This document shows, piece by piece, positions 10,704 through 20,855 of a DNA stretch of 64,000 bases. Each line of letters starts with the position of its first letter. The stretch's first letter is position 1. Both the position numbers and the translations under genes were made by a program. This DNA is from Ignavibacteria bacterium (GTDB lineage: Bacteria; Bacteroidota; Ignavibacteria; Ch128b). The notes under the pieces are model-generated. The model was not told the origin of the DNA. It saw only the letters and a list, made by a program, of their open reading frames with translations, and ran no database searches. The DNA lies in the NCBI GenBank assembly GCA_013177855.1, contig JABLYA010000001.1:1527573-1591572 (forward strand), given 5' to 3'.

Positions 10704-12701
10704 GTGCTGAAGGTACCAAAAAATTATTTCTCTATTCTCCTTTTACTTTTATTTCTTTTCTTCAATCCAGAAAGTCTTCTTTCGATTGGTTTTCTTAAAG
10801 CAAAAGGAAAAGTAATAGTTGATGGAACAGGTCAAGAATTTTATTTGAAAGGAATTGGACTTGGCGGTTGGCTTTTGCAGGAAGGTTATATGCTTCACAC
10901 CTCTGGTTTTGCAAATGCCCAATGGCAAATCAGACAAAAAATTGTCGATTTAATTGGAGAAGCAAATACAGAAATATTCTATGAAACTTATCGAAGAAAT
11001 TTCATTCGAAAAATTGATATTGATTCAATTAAAGCCTGGGGATTTAATTCAATTCGGCTGCCTTTTCACTGGAATCTATTTGCTGTCAATACGAATCCGC
11101 CTCAATTTATTAACAAAGGTTTCGAAATAATCGACTCCCTTTTAGCATGGTGCGAAGCAAATCAGCTTTATCTTATTCTTGATATGCATGCCGCTCCTGG
11201 TGGACAAAGCGATGAAAACATCAGTGATTATAATCCTGCTTATCCTTCTTTATGGCAAAGTGAACAAAATAAAGATTTGACAGTCAAAATCTGGAGAAAA
11301 ATTGCTGAAAAATACAAAGACAAAGAATGGATTGGTGGTTATGATTTATTGAATGAACCTAAATGGAATCTGCCTCCAAACAATCAGCCGCTTCGAGAGT
11401 TATATATTCGAATTACTGACACAATTAGAGCTGTTGATACAAATCATATAATTTTCATTGAAGGTAATTGGTTTGCGACTGATTTTACGGGACTTACTCC
11501 ACCATGGGATAATAATATGGTTTACAGTTTTCATAAATACTGGAATTCAAATGATCAAGGAAGTATTCAATATTTAATTGATATAAGAAACCAGTATAAT
11601 GTTCCATTGTGGCTTGGCGAGACAGGTGAAAATTCTAACAAGTGGTTTGTTGATTGCGTCGAATTGATGAAACGAAACAATATCGGTTGGGCTTGGTGGA
11701 CTTGGAAAAAAATTGAAACTATTGCAGGTCCGCTTTCAGCTGTTATGTCGCCATTTTATCAAACTTTGTTGAATTATTGGAGCGGCTCGGGTCCAAGACC
11801 GAGCGCAACTTATGCTTTTAATGCACTTATGCTTCAGGCAGAAAATTTAAAATTTGAATTATGTGAATTCAGAAAAGATGTAATTGATGCATTAATGCGG
11901 CAACCAAATAACACTCAGACAATTCCATATAATCAAAACATAATTCCAGGGACTGTTTACGCTACTGAATATGATATGGGAAAATTAAATTATGCTTATT
12001 ATGATGTTGACTATCAAAATGTAGGCGGCGGAACCTGGAACTCTGGAGGAAAATTTAGAAACGATGGCGTTGATATTGAAACCTGTATTGATTTCGGTTC
12101 AAATGGATATAACGTCGGTTGGATTCAAAATGGTGAGTGGTTGAGATATACCTGTAATATTACGCAAAGCGGGACTTATAAAATTAAAATTAATGTAGCT
12201 TCAATGAATACAGGTGGACAAATCCTTTTGCGTCTCGATGGCTTAGTTCTTGGCGGTCTGATCAATGTACCAAACACAAATGGCTGGCAAAACTGGCAAT
12301 TTGTTGAACTTAACAATGTTTATCTCCCGCAAGGCATTCATCAACTTGAAGCAAGATTCTTTAACGGAGGCTTTAATCTCAGTCATTTTGAGTTTGAATT
12401 ACTTTCTACTGATGTGGAAGAAAAAGATTTATTACCGAAAGATTTTGATTTAAAACAAAATTATCCTAATCCGTTTAATTCAAAGACAGTTATTACTTAT
12501 TCAATTCCTGAAATCACAAATATCAAACTCAAAGTTTATGATTTACTCGGTAATGAAACTTTCACCATTGAAGAAGGATTAAAATCTCCAGGAACTTATG
12601 TCGAAGAATTTGATGCTCATAATCTTTCGAGTGGAACTTACTTACTGAGATTAGAAACTGAGAAAAAAACCTTTGTCAGAAAGATGATAATTTTGAAATG
12701 A
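10704..12701 (+). CDS. Glycoside hydrolase family 5 (endo-beta-glucanase/cellulase-like) with carbohydrate-binding domain and T9SS C-terminal domain
   Basis: GH5 catalytic motifs LLNEP (acid/base) and WLGETGEN (nucleophile); GTG start with upstream gagagg RBS; CTD LKQNYPNPFNSKTVITYSIP. Confidence 0.75.
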   Translation: MLKVPKNYFSILLLLLFLFFNPESLLSIGFLKAKGKVIVDGTGQEFYLKGIGLGGWLLQEGYMLHTSGFANAQWQIRQKIVDLIGEANTEIFYETYRRNFIRKIDIDSIKAWGFNSIRLPFHWNLFAVNTNPPQFINKGFEIIDSLLAWCEANQLYLILDMHAAPGGQSDENISDYNPAYPSLWQSEQNKDLTVKIWRKIAEKYKDKEWIGGYDLLNEPKWNLPPNNQPLRELYIRITDTIRAVDTNHIIFIEGNWFATDFTGLTPPWDNNMVYSFHKYWNSNDQGSIQYLIDIRNQYNVPLWLGETGENSNKWFVDCVELMKRNNIGWAWWTWKKIETIAGPLSAVMSPFYQTLLNYWSGSGPRPSATYAFNALMLQAENLKFELCEFRKDVIDALMRQPNNTQTIPYNQNIIPGTVYATEYDMGKLNYAYYDVDYQNVGGGTWNSGGKFRNDGVDIETCIDFGSNGYNVGWIQNGEWLRYTCNITQSGTYKIKINVASMNTGGQILLRLDGLVLGGLINVPNTNGWQNWQFVELNNVYLPQGIHQLEARFFNGGFNLSHFEFELLSTDVEEKDLLPKDFDLKQNYPNPFNSKTVITYSIPEITNIKLKVYDLLGNETFTIEEGLKSPGTYVEEFDAHNLSSGTYLLRLETEKKTFVRKMIILK

Positions 12702-14383
12702 TGAAAATTATAATTCAAAGTTTTTTATTAATCCTTTTTCTGTGCCTGATTTCAATTAGAGCTCAGTCGGTTAATTTCACTTCTTCAAATCTCCCAATAG
12801 TTGTGATAAATACTTTTGGTCAGGAAATTCCAAACGAATATAAAATTCAAGCACGAATGGGAGTAATTTATAATGGTGAAGGTGTAAGAAATTACATTAC
12901 AGATCCATTCAGTCATTACGATGGTTGGATCGGGATTGAATTGCGTGGTTCAAGTTCACTAACATTTCCTAAAAAAAGTTACGCAGTCGAAACAAGAGAC
13001 TCGCTCGGGAACGATAGATCAGTTTCATTGCTCGGTTTCCCATCTGAAGCTGATTGGGTTTTTTATGGTCCATACAATGATAAAACTTTAATTCGCGATG
13101 TTCTTGCTTATAAACTTGCTCGAGATTTGGGTAGATATGCTTCGAGGTCAAAATTTTTTGAACTCGTTATAAATGGCGAATACAAAGGAGTTTATGTTCT
13201 TCTCGAAAAAATTAAAAGAGATGCAAATCGAGTAAATATAAAAAAATTAAATCCAGCTGATACATCAGGCGATGCATTGACTGGCGGATATATCATTAAA
13301 ATTGATAAGCTTGATGGTGAAAATAACGATGGCTGGTATTCTAACTTTCGTCCATTCCCGCAATTAAGTGCAAGAATTTTTTATCAATATCATTATCCAA
13401 AACCCAGTGAAATCGTTGAAGCTCAAAAAAATTACATCAAAGCATGGATTTATGCATTTGAGTCGGCAATGTTTGGACCTTATTACGCCGATTCAATTCT
13501 TGGTTATCAAAAGTATATTGATGTCAATTCGTTTGTTGATTACATTCTCTTAAATGAACTTGTTAAAAATATCGATGCCTACCGATTGAGTACTTTCTTT
13601 TATAAAGATAGGGACAGCCGCAATCCAAAATTATTTGCTGGACCTGTTTGGGATTTCAATTTAGCTTTTGGAAATTGTGATTATTATCAGGCATTCAATT
13701 CAAGTGGATGGTATCTTGAGTATGTTTCGGAATATTCAAACATTCCAAGCTGGGAAAATTATTTCATTCCATTCTGGTGGAAAAAAATTTTTAATGATCA
13801 AAATTTTCGAACTAAATTCAGACAAAGATGGATTGAGCTTAGAAATTCTGTCTGGACAAATGAAAAAATTAATTCTACCATCGATTCGCTTGTTCAATTA
13901 CTTGAAGAATCAAGACAGAGAAACTTTCAGAAATGGCCTGTCATTGGTCAATATGTTTGGCCTAATTACTATGTTGGTCAAACTTACGAAGAAGAAATCA
14001 ACTATCTGAAAAACTGGCTCACATCAAGATTAGCGTGGATGGATTATCAGTTAATTTCTGATGTCGAAAAAGAGAAATCAGAAATTTCAATTAATGACTT
14101 CAAACTTCTACAAAATTATCCGAACCCATTTAATTCAAATACAATAATAAGTTATATCATTCCAGGAAATTTAAACTCACTACAAAAAGTTACTTTGAAA
14201 ATTTATGATGTTCTCGGTAGAGAGATCACAACACTAATTGATGATTATCAAACTGCCGGCTGTTATTCTGTAAATTTTGATATCGAGACAATTAAACAAC
14301 AAAGTATATCGACGAGCGTTTTAATTTGCCAGCTTTTTGTTGGAAATAAAACTCAAACTATCAAAATGCTTTATTTGAAATGA
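12698..14383 (+). CDS. CotH kinase-family protein with T9SS C-terminal domain
   Basis: CotH-like core (YGPYNDKTLIRDVLAYKLARDLGRYASRSKFFELVINGEYKGVYVLLEKIKRD); signal peptide; CTD LLQNYPNPFNSNTIISYIIP; 4-bp overlap with upstream GH5 gene. Confidence 0.65.
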   Translation: MMKIIIQSFLLILFLCLISIRAQSVNFTSSNLPIVVINTFGQEIPNEYKIQARMGVIYNGEGVRNYITDPFSHYDGWIGIELRGSSSLTFPKKSYAVETRDSLGNDRSVSLLGFPSEADWVFYGPYNDKTLIRDVLAYKLARDLGRYASRSKFFELVINGEYKGVYVLLEKIKRDANRVNIKKLNPADTSGDALTGGYIIKIDKLDGENNDGWYSNFRPFPQLSARIFYQYHYPKPSEIVEAQKNYIKAWIYAFESAMFGPYYADSILGYQKYIDVNSFVDYILLNELVKNIDAYRLSTFFYKDRDSRNPKLFAGPVWDFNLAFGNCDYYQAFNSSGWYLEYVSEYSNIPSWENYFIPFWWKKIFNDQNFRTKFRQRWIELRNSVWTNEKINSTIDSLVQLLEESRQRNFQKWPVIGQYVWPNYYVGQTYEEEINYLKNWLTSRLAWMDYQLISDVEKEKSEISINDFKLLQNYPNPFNSNTIISYIIPGNLNSLQKVTLKIYDVLGREITTLIDDYQTAGCYSVNFDIETIKQQSISTSVLICQLFVGNKTQTIKMLYLK

Positions 14384-14844
14384 TAATAAAAAATTTTGTT
14401 CAGGGATCTTATACAGCTCCTCTAAAAATTTCCGGAATGCAATGATTTTTATTTTCTGCTGCGCCTTACTGCTTAATCTTTTTAACCTAAAAATTTGTTA
14501 CCGAGTGTAATTTATTTCGATTTAATGATTACTATTCTCGATTAATATTTCTCAAAGAATTTCCATTCTTATTTCAACTCACCAGTTATATCAAATCCGG
14601 CAATGAAATTCGTTTACTATTTTCATTATACTTAACAAAATTCTTTTTTTACTTCATTGAGCAAGACATATAATTTGTTTTGGGCATTAAAATTCGGGAG
14701 AAATATTTAGCAGATAGTTTTGTTATTCAATAAAAGATTTTAATGGGAAATCTAATAACAGTTCTTTTAATGAAATGTAAAGTCAAATTATTGATTTTGT
14801 TTTTTAGAAAATTTAACTTGACTCAACAAAAGCGGGAGTTCAAA

Positions 14845-16800
14845 ATGAATAAAAATCTTAAACTCATAAAGTTTCTCCCCCTTCTTTTAATCATCTCTTC
14901 TTTAATTTTCACCGGTTTTGGCAGCGAAAAAAACAGAGCAGCGAAAATTAAATCTTTACAGACAGATAGTTACTATCTTAAACTTGACCGTTTTGAATTA
15001 CCTTTTACGAACAATGGAATACTGGCTGATGTGGTAATTTCGTCAAATGAGCCTCAAGCTAAGTTTGATGGCAAACAGGTTATTTTCTCTGGGGGGTTCT
15101 TAATTGGTGGACTAATGTACGCTGGTTCTCCATCTGAGCGTTTTTGGATCAATGGAGTATTCACCAGCTCTCGTGTTGAAGATTATATTCCGGGAAAAGT
15201 TGGTATGGATAAAAACGATCCAAAAGCTAAGCTTTACATTGTTCAAAGTTCAGATCCACCATTTTCTCAAAGCTGGCTGGAGTGGAAAAATGCGGTTGAA
15301 TTAGGAGCAGAATTTTATGACGGTGATAATGATGGTGTTTACAACCCCGTTGATAAAAATGGAAATGGCATCTGGGATGCAGACGAAGATAAACCAAATT
15401 TAATTGGTGATTTCACAGCATGGTGCGTTTATAATGATGGGGTTCCGCAAAATATTCGTCACTTTACATCAATACCACGATTAGGAATTGAAATTCAACA
15501 AACTTTATGGGCATATAAAACAATTCCTAAGCTGGCTAATTCTGTTTTTATTCGATATAGAATTAATTATAAAGGCACTAACGAATTTCCAGATTTAAAT
15601 AAACTCGACAGCGTTATTTTTTCCTTTGTTAACGATTATGATCTTGGTAATTATACTGATGATTTATTTGGTACTGATACTTTGCTGCAATCGAATTATT
15701 GTTATAATGATGGCAGTGATGCTGAATTTGGAAATAATCCTCCTGTTATTATGTCACAGCTTTTGCAGGGACCTTATGCTTTCATCCCTAATGTATCATT
15801 TGTTGATGCAAATGGTAATGGGATTTATGATTCGGGTGATACACCTATTACTTCAGCTAAAATGCTAATTGGAATAAATAAGGTTCAAGAAATTCCCGGT
15901 GCGTTGAATTTAAATATTTCATCATCAAGCTCTCAATTCACAGGTATTGTGGAAATTCCTGAATATGCGTACTGGAATATTATTCAAGGATTAAATCCGG
16001 TTGGTCTAAAATACAATCCTTGTAATTTTGATTACGGAACAGTTGTAGGCGGAGTTAATTGTAATCAAGTCAATCCATATTTCTTGTTTTCGGGTGATCC
16101 TGTTACTAATGTTGGATGGATTAATATTCGGAGTTCTGATGTCCGAGGTTTTCTCAATGTCGGCAGGTTCACACTTGAGAAGAATAAACCAGTTGATGTA
16201 ATAGTTGCTTATGCAATTGGAAGGGGAACTGATCCCATCAATAGTCTTATTGAAACTCGTAAAGTCGCAGCACTAAATAAGTTGTTTTATGAAATGAATT
16301 TTATTCAAACAAAAACATTGCCAACAACAGAATTAAAAATGAGAAGCTTTGAGGATAGATTGGATATATTCTGGCAAACTGCGAATGATTTTCAATTTAA
16401 GGATTTTATGGTTACATCTGCTGGAGATACTTTAATAAATACCGAATTTGAAGCTTATGAGTTGTGGGCTCATTCAACACCTGAGCTTTATTATGGACCA
16501 GATACAAGTCGTTCAAAAAAAGTTGCCGGTTTTGATGTTAAGAATGATATTGAAAGATTGTTTTTTGTGGACGACGATGGAATTACGATTAAAAATGTTT
16601 TCTCAAATTACACTCAACTTGACCCAGTAATTTATTCAAATTCAAATAGAGGATATATTTTGGTTTCTCTCACCGAAAATCCATTTACAGGTAAAAAGTT
16701 GAAGAAAGGGGAAAGACTTTATTTTTCACTTCGAAAAATTTATTTGAATAAAACTTCAACAGAGTTGTTCAGATCAAAGATAAACCCAAAAGTTATTTAG
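14845..16800 (+). CDS. Hypothetical secreted protein with Asp-rich Ca-binding-like loops
   Basis: Start moved to ATG 14845 (in frame with track ORF 14743, preceded by gggag RBS, followed by signal peptide MNKNLKLIKFLPLLLIISSLIFTGFG); motifs DGDNDGVYNPVDKNGNGIWDADEDKP and DANGNGIYDSGDTP. Confidence 0.45.
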   Translation: MNKNLKLIKFLPLLLIISSLIFTGFGSEKNRAAKIKSLQTDSYYLKLDRFELPFTNNGILADVVISSNEPQAKFDGKQVIFSGGFLIGGLMYAGSPSERFWINGVFTSSRVEDYIPGKVGMDKNDPKAKLYIVQSSDPPFSQSWLEWKNAVELGAEFYDGDNDGVYNPVDKNGNGIWDADEDKPNLIGDFTAWCVYNDGVPQNIRHFTSIPRLGIEIQQTLWAYKTIPKLANSVFIRYRINYKGTNEFPDLNKLDSVIFSFVNDYDLGNYTDDLFGTDTLLQSNYCYNDGSDAEFGNNPPVIMSQLLQGPYAFIPNVSFVDANGNGIYDSGDTPITSAKMLIGINKVQEIPGALNLNISSSSSQFTGIVEIPEYAYWNIIQGLNPVGLKYNPCNFDYGTVVGGVNCNQVNPYFLFSGDPVTNVGWINIRSSDVRGFLNVGRFTLEKNKPVDVIVAYAIGRGTDPINSLIETRKVAALNKLFYEMNFIQTKTLPTTELKMRSFEDRLDIFWQTANDFQFKDFMVTSAGDTLINTEFEAYELWAHSTPELYYGPDTSRSKKVAGFDVKNDIERLFFVDDDGITIKNVFSNYTQLDPVIYSNSNRGYILVSLTENPFTGKKLKKGERLYFSLRKIYLNKTSTELFRSKINPKVI

Positions 16801-16874
16801 TTATTACAAAGAGTTTTGGACTAAGGGAGAAAATTTCAGACCTGTACGAATTTAGAGTTGGTGAGTATTTCAAT

Positions 16875-18260
16875 ATGCCTTTAAATTTGATGTCCCCGCC
16901 TATTTCTGCTCAGTTGAATACAACAGAGAGTGAAATTTATTTTGAGGAAGTAGATAATACTCAATTGACAGATGATGAATATCAATTAAGTTTCTTTAAG
17001 GATCTATCTACTACAGATTACTCAATGTTCTGGCGATTAAAAAATTTAACTAAGAACAGAATATTGCTTGACTCACAAAAGGTATATTTCAATTTAGATG
17101 ATAGACCAATTGTTGTTGAAGGGTTGTATCCAAAGATAAGCTGGGTTGAACCAGAAATTAAAAATGTTAATTATAAACCTGAAAACAATAAATGGTTTGG
17201 TGACTTTAGAAGCGAGATTTCGGGTATTTTTTATTTAGGTCCTGAAAAAGTAAAAGGAGTTTCTGCATATAATATTCTTCCATTGGGTAATGTGGGAACA
17301 AAAAAATCCTCCTTAACGACTTTTGATAAATTAAGGAGAATTGAAATTCGTTTTGGCAAATCTCAAAAAGCTTACAGATTTGTCTCAAATTCGTTGGGAA
17401 CAAGATACTTAAGTGGCGCAAGTACTGAAGGGGTATCAGGAATATGGTACCCAGGTGAATATTTTGTTGATGTTCCTTTTCAAGTCTGGATAAAAGATGA
17501 TAGGTTTGGTGAAGAAAAACAACTTACCTGTGGTTTTATAGAAGCAAGAGCACCTTTAGGTGGAAATCCTGATGGTGAATGGGATCCCGGTACAAATATT
17601 AGTTTAACACGAGAATACATTATTATATTTAATCAACCCTACAATCCTTCTGGAAATCAAATGGAGTATGTTGGTTATCTTCCAACAACGGGAACGAAAG
17701 TTTATGCAGATTTGAATGGATGGAATCCACCGGCGGAAGCCAATTTTACACCTGAACAGATTGCACGGGCAAAATCTCCGTGGTTTGATGCTTTGCTTGT
17801 AGTTGGTTTAGAAAGAACTTCAGTTGATACATTTTATAAACCTGGAGATATTTTAACAATACCAATCTCGTATGTAATTACTTCAAGAGATACTTTTTAT
17901 TATAGATCAAAATCAAAAATGAATAAATTAACTCTTGAGGAGAAGAAATCGCAGGTAAGCAAGATTAATGTGTTTCCAAATCCATACTTTGAATGGGAAG
18001 ATTTTAGAGCAGTCAGAAACGGTGTAATAATTTTTTCAAACTTGCCGGAAGAAGTAACTATAAAGATTTATACACTGTCTGGCAATTTAGTTAGAACTTT
18101 GACAGAAAATGATAAATCATCAATAACTTCTCCATTTATCGAATGGGATTTAAGAAATGAGAATGGCAAGAAAGTTGCCGATGGAATTTATCTCGCTCAT
18201 ATTAAAACAAAATTTGGAGATAAGGTTCTAAAATTCTCGATTGTTAAGCAGAAAAGATAA
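16875..18260 (+). CDS. Hypothetical protein with T9SS-like C-terminal domain, paralogous to the C-terminal third of CDS 2253-5375
   Basis: C-terminus KINVFPNPYFEW...VTIKIYTLSGNLVRTL...GIYLAHIKT resembles VVPNPYLGAAAW...TIRIYTLSGQLIKTI...GVYVYHVEA of 2253-5375; no obvious signal peptide at the annotated start. Confidence 0.4.
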   Translation: MPLNLMSPPISAQLNTTESEIYFEEVDNTQLTDDEYQLSFFKDLSTTDYSMFWRLKNLTKNRILLDSQKVYFNLDDRPIVVEGLYPKISWVEPEIKNVNYKPENNKWFGDFRSEISGIFYLGPEKVKGVSAYNILPLGNVGTKKSSLTTFDKLRRIEIRFGKSQKAYRFVSNSLGTRYLSGASTEGVSGIWYPGEYFVDVPFQVWIKDDRFGEEKQLTCGFIEARAPLGGNPDGEWDPGTNISLTREYIIIFNQPYNPSGNQMEYVGYLPTTGTKVYADLNGWNPPAEANFTPEQIARAKSPWFDALLVVGLERTSVDTFYKPGDILTIPISYVITSRDTFYYRSKSKMNKLTLEEKKSQVSKINVFPNPYFEWEDFRAVRNGVIIFSNLPEEVTIKIYTLSGNLVRTLTENDKSSITSPFIEWDLRNENGKKVADGIYLAHIKTKFGDKVLKFSIVKQKR

Positions 18261-18282
18261 ATTATTCAAAATTTAATTCATC

Positions 18283-18326
18283 CAATTCCTCAAAGTTCAA
18301 TTAGAGCTTTGAGGAATTTTCATTTT
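18283..18326 (+). terminator. Candidate rho-independent terminator
   Basis: aattcctcaaag ... ctttgaggaatt 12-bp inverted repeat followed by ttcatttt, 23 nt after the stop codon. Confidence 0.5.
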
Positions 18327-18467
18327 AAATAATAATTGTTCTTGAGTTTGTGGGTTTAAGAGACTTATTTACCAAAAGTAAAATAAGGAAATTGCTTGCT
18401 TTACTTTTCGGGCTGAAAGTAAAATAAGAAATCTAAAAACAGAGGAATTTCAAAAAATTGAAATGAT

Positions 18468-19484
18468 TTACTTCGCGTAAACCATAGCTTTTACTTTGAT
18501 ACCCGAATCAGTTTTCAATTTATAGTAATAAATTCCAGACGATAAATTAAACTCTCCGGCTTCAAAATAAGCTTGATGCAATCCGGATTTTAATTCGCCA
18601 TCAATAAAAGTTGTGATTTCTCGCCCGAGTATATCGAAGATTTTGAGATTGACTTTTTCGTTTCTCTTTAAATTAAACTGAATGATAGTCGAACCATTGA
18701 AAGGATTTGGATAATTCTGATAAAGTTCAAAGTTCTCGATAATTTTATTCTCATTTTCTACTAATGTTGGAGTTTTGAATTCAACAAGCTCACGCATTGA
18801 ACCAGGAATAAATAAATTCAGAGTATCAATTGAAAATGGTTCCTGAATCGATTTAATGATATATCTTCCCTGAGCAAGCCAATCGTTAAATGGAATTGTG
18901 ACTATATCAATTCCAATCGGTGGAAGCGGTGGAGGCAGGGCAACCAGATATTGAACTTTAATTTCAGTCCTAAATTTTACAGCATTGAAAAATCCAGCTG
19001 GAACTGTAACAGTATCAAGACCAAGTCTTGCTCCGCGCATAAGAAATCTTAATGGAAGTGTTCCAAGCTGTGGAACCGTTAGAGTTGTATCAAATCTATA
19101 AATTTGATAGAAAGTGCCAAGCGAAGTTCCAAATCTGTAATATTCAAACCAATCGGGCAATTTGAAAGTTATTAATGTATCGATTTCTAAATCTCTTTGA
19201 TGAATGAAAATGCTTTGAGTTGAAGCAGAAACCCAATTTGTATCTCCAATCTCAACTCCGGCGGGTCGTGATACAATAAAAAGAGTTTGTCTACCTAAAA
19301 AGTTTTGATAAGCCACAGATGAATCAATAATTACTTGTGGTTCACCAACCGGATTTCCAAGTGAATCAAGCAGATAAACATTATTAACCCACACATTTCC
19401 AACTTCAATCGGTAAATATTGCTGCGCATTTTGTGAGTAGAGAATTGAACCCATTAAAATCGAAAGAAGAATAAACTTCCTCAT
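18468..19484 (-). CDS. Hypothetical secreted protein with T9SS C-terminal domain
   Basis: Signal peptide MRKFILLSILMGSILYSQ; CTD LYQNYPNPFNGSTIIQFNL...KIFDILGREI. Confidence 0.5.
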   Translation of the reverse strand: MRKFILLSILMGSILYSQNAQQYLPIEVGNVWVNNVYLLDSLGNPVGEPQVIIDSSVAYQNFLGRQTLFIVSRPAGVEIGDTNWVSASTQSIFIHQRDLEIDTLITFKLPDWFEYYRFGTSLGTFYQIYRFDTTLTVPQLGTLPLRFLMRGARLGLDTVTVPAGFFNAVKFRTEIKVQYLVALPPPLPPIGIDIVTIPFNDWLAQGRYIIKSIQEPFSIDTLNLFIPGSMRELVEFKTPTLVENENKIIENFELYQNYPNPFNGSTIIQFNLKRNEKVNLKIFDILGREITTFIDGELKSGLHQAYFEAGEFNLSSGIYYYKLKTDSGIKVKAMVYAK

Positions 19485-19487
19485 TGC

Positions 19488-20855
19488 TCACTCCACTAAA
19501 ATTTCATAACTAATTTGCTGAACTTCAACGAATTTTTCCAGCTGAGATTTTATCTCTTTCGAATCACCTACTACGACAATCAAAACATTATTTTCCGGGA
19601 AATATTCTCTTATAACTTGCTGAATTTTTTCTTGAGAAGTGTTCTTAATTTTTTCAGAGAAGTTTGTCAATAATTCTTTGTCTTTATTATAGAATATGAT
19701 TTCAGTTAAAGAATTCACAAATCCTTCAGGGGATTGAAGATTTCTTGAAAGATCGCCAATTAGATAATTCTTAGCCTTTTTTATTTCCCAGTCACTAACA
19801 CCGGACTTTTTTAATTTTTTTAATTCATCAAGAATGATTTGAATAACTTCGCCGACTGTTTGATTTTTAGTAAATGTAGATATTAAAAATTTCCCACTTT
19901 GCTTCAGCATTTGAAATGAACTTCTTGCTCCATAAGTCAAGCTTCTCTTTACTCTTATTTCTTCAACAAGCCGGGATGTAAATCCATCGCCTAAAATCGT
20001 ATTAACGATTGATATTGGGATTTCGTCAGGATTGTTTTGACTTATTCCAATGTTACCAACACGAATTTGTGCCTGTGTTAATCCAGGTTTATCTACAAGG
20101 ATTAACTTTAAATTTGAAAGCTTTTGAATAGGTTGATCATTTAATTTTATCTTTTCACCTTTTTGCCAATTTGAAAATAAATTTTTTATAAGTTGTTCCG
20201 CCTCTTGAGTATCGATATCTCCATAAAAAAGAATGGTGGTTTCGTTTGGAACGAAATAAGTTTTGTAGTGATTGCGAATTTGTCTCGCTGAGATATTATC
20301 AATCTGTTTTACAGTTCCACGAATTGATTGAGAGTAAGGATGTCCGTTAAAAATAAATTTATTGAAAAATTGATTAGCAACATAAGTTGGATTTTCGAGA
20401 GAAGATTTTAATTCTGAAATTAACTTATCTTTCTCTTTATCAATTTCTTTAGAATCAAAAGCCGGTGAAGTTAGAATTTCAGCTAAGATGTTCATTCCAT
20501 CTTGAAAATTGTATTTTAAGAATTCAGTTGATACAAGAGTGTAATCGTAATTTGTAGAGATATTTATTGTTGATCCAAGAAATTCAAATTCTTCCGCAAT
20601 CTGCTGAGCAGTTCGTTTTGTTGTTCCTTTCAAAAGCAATTGCCCGGTTAGGTAAGTCAATCCCTGATACTTTTGCGGATCAAGACGCGCTCCGCCGTTG
20701 AAAATAACTCTAACTTGAACAAGCGGAAGCTTTTTGTTTGGGACTATAACATATTTTAATCCGTTATCAAGATTTTTTATTTCAAAATCAGAAACGGTTT
20801 GAGCATTAAGTGTATAAATGCAAATTAGAAGCAGAGTTAATAATATCTTTTTCAT
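19488..20855 (-). CDS. M16 family peptidase, non-catalytic subunit-like (no HxxEH)
   Basis: Signal peptide; M16 fold-like length and position immediately downstream of, and overlapping by 4 bp with, the HxxEH-containing M16 gene; no inverzincin motif seen. Confidence 0.65.
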   Translation of the reverse strand: MKKILLTLLLICIYTLNAQTVSDFEIKNLDNGLKYVIVPNKKLPLVQVRVIFNGGARLDPQKYQGLTYLTGQLLLKGTTKRTAQQIAEEFEFLGSTINISTNYDYTLVSTEFLKYNFQDGMNILAEILTSPAFDSKEIDKEKDKLISELKSSLENPTYVANQFFNKFIFNGHPYSQSIRGTVKQIDNISARQIRNHYKTYFVPNETTILFYGDIDTQEAEQLIKNLFSNWQKGEKIKLNDQPIQKLSNLKLILVDKPGLTQAQIRVGNIGISQNNPDEIPISIVNTILGDGFTSRLVEEIRVKRSLTYGARSSFQMLKQSGKFLISTFTKNQTVGEVIQIILDELKKLKKSGVSDWEIKKAKNYLIGDLSRNLQSPEGFVNSLTEIIFYNKDKELLTNFSEKIKNTSQEKIQQVIREYFPENNVLIVVVGDSKEIKSQLEKFVEVQQISYEILVE

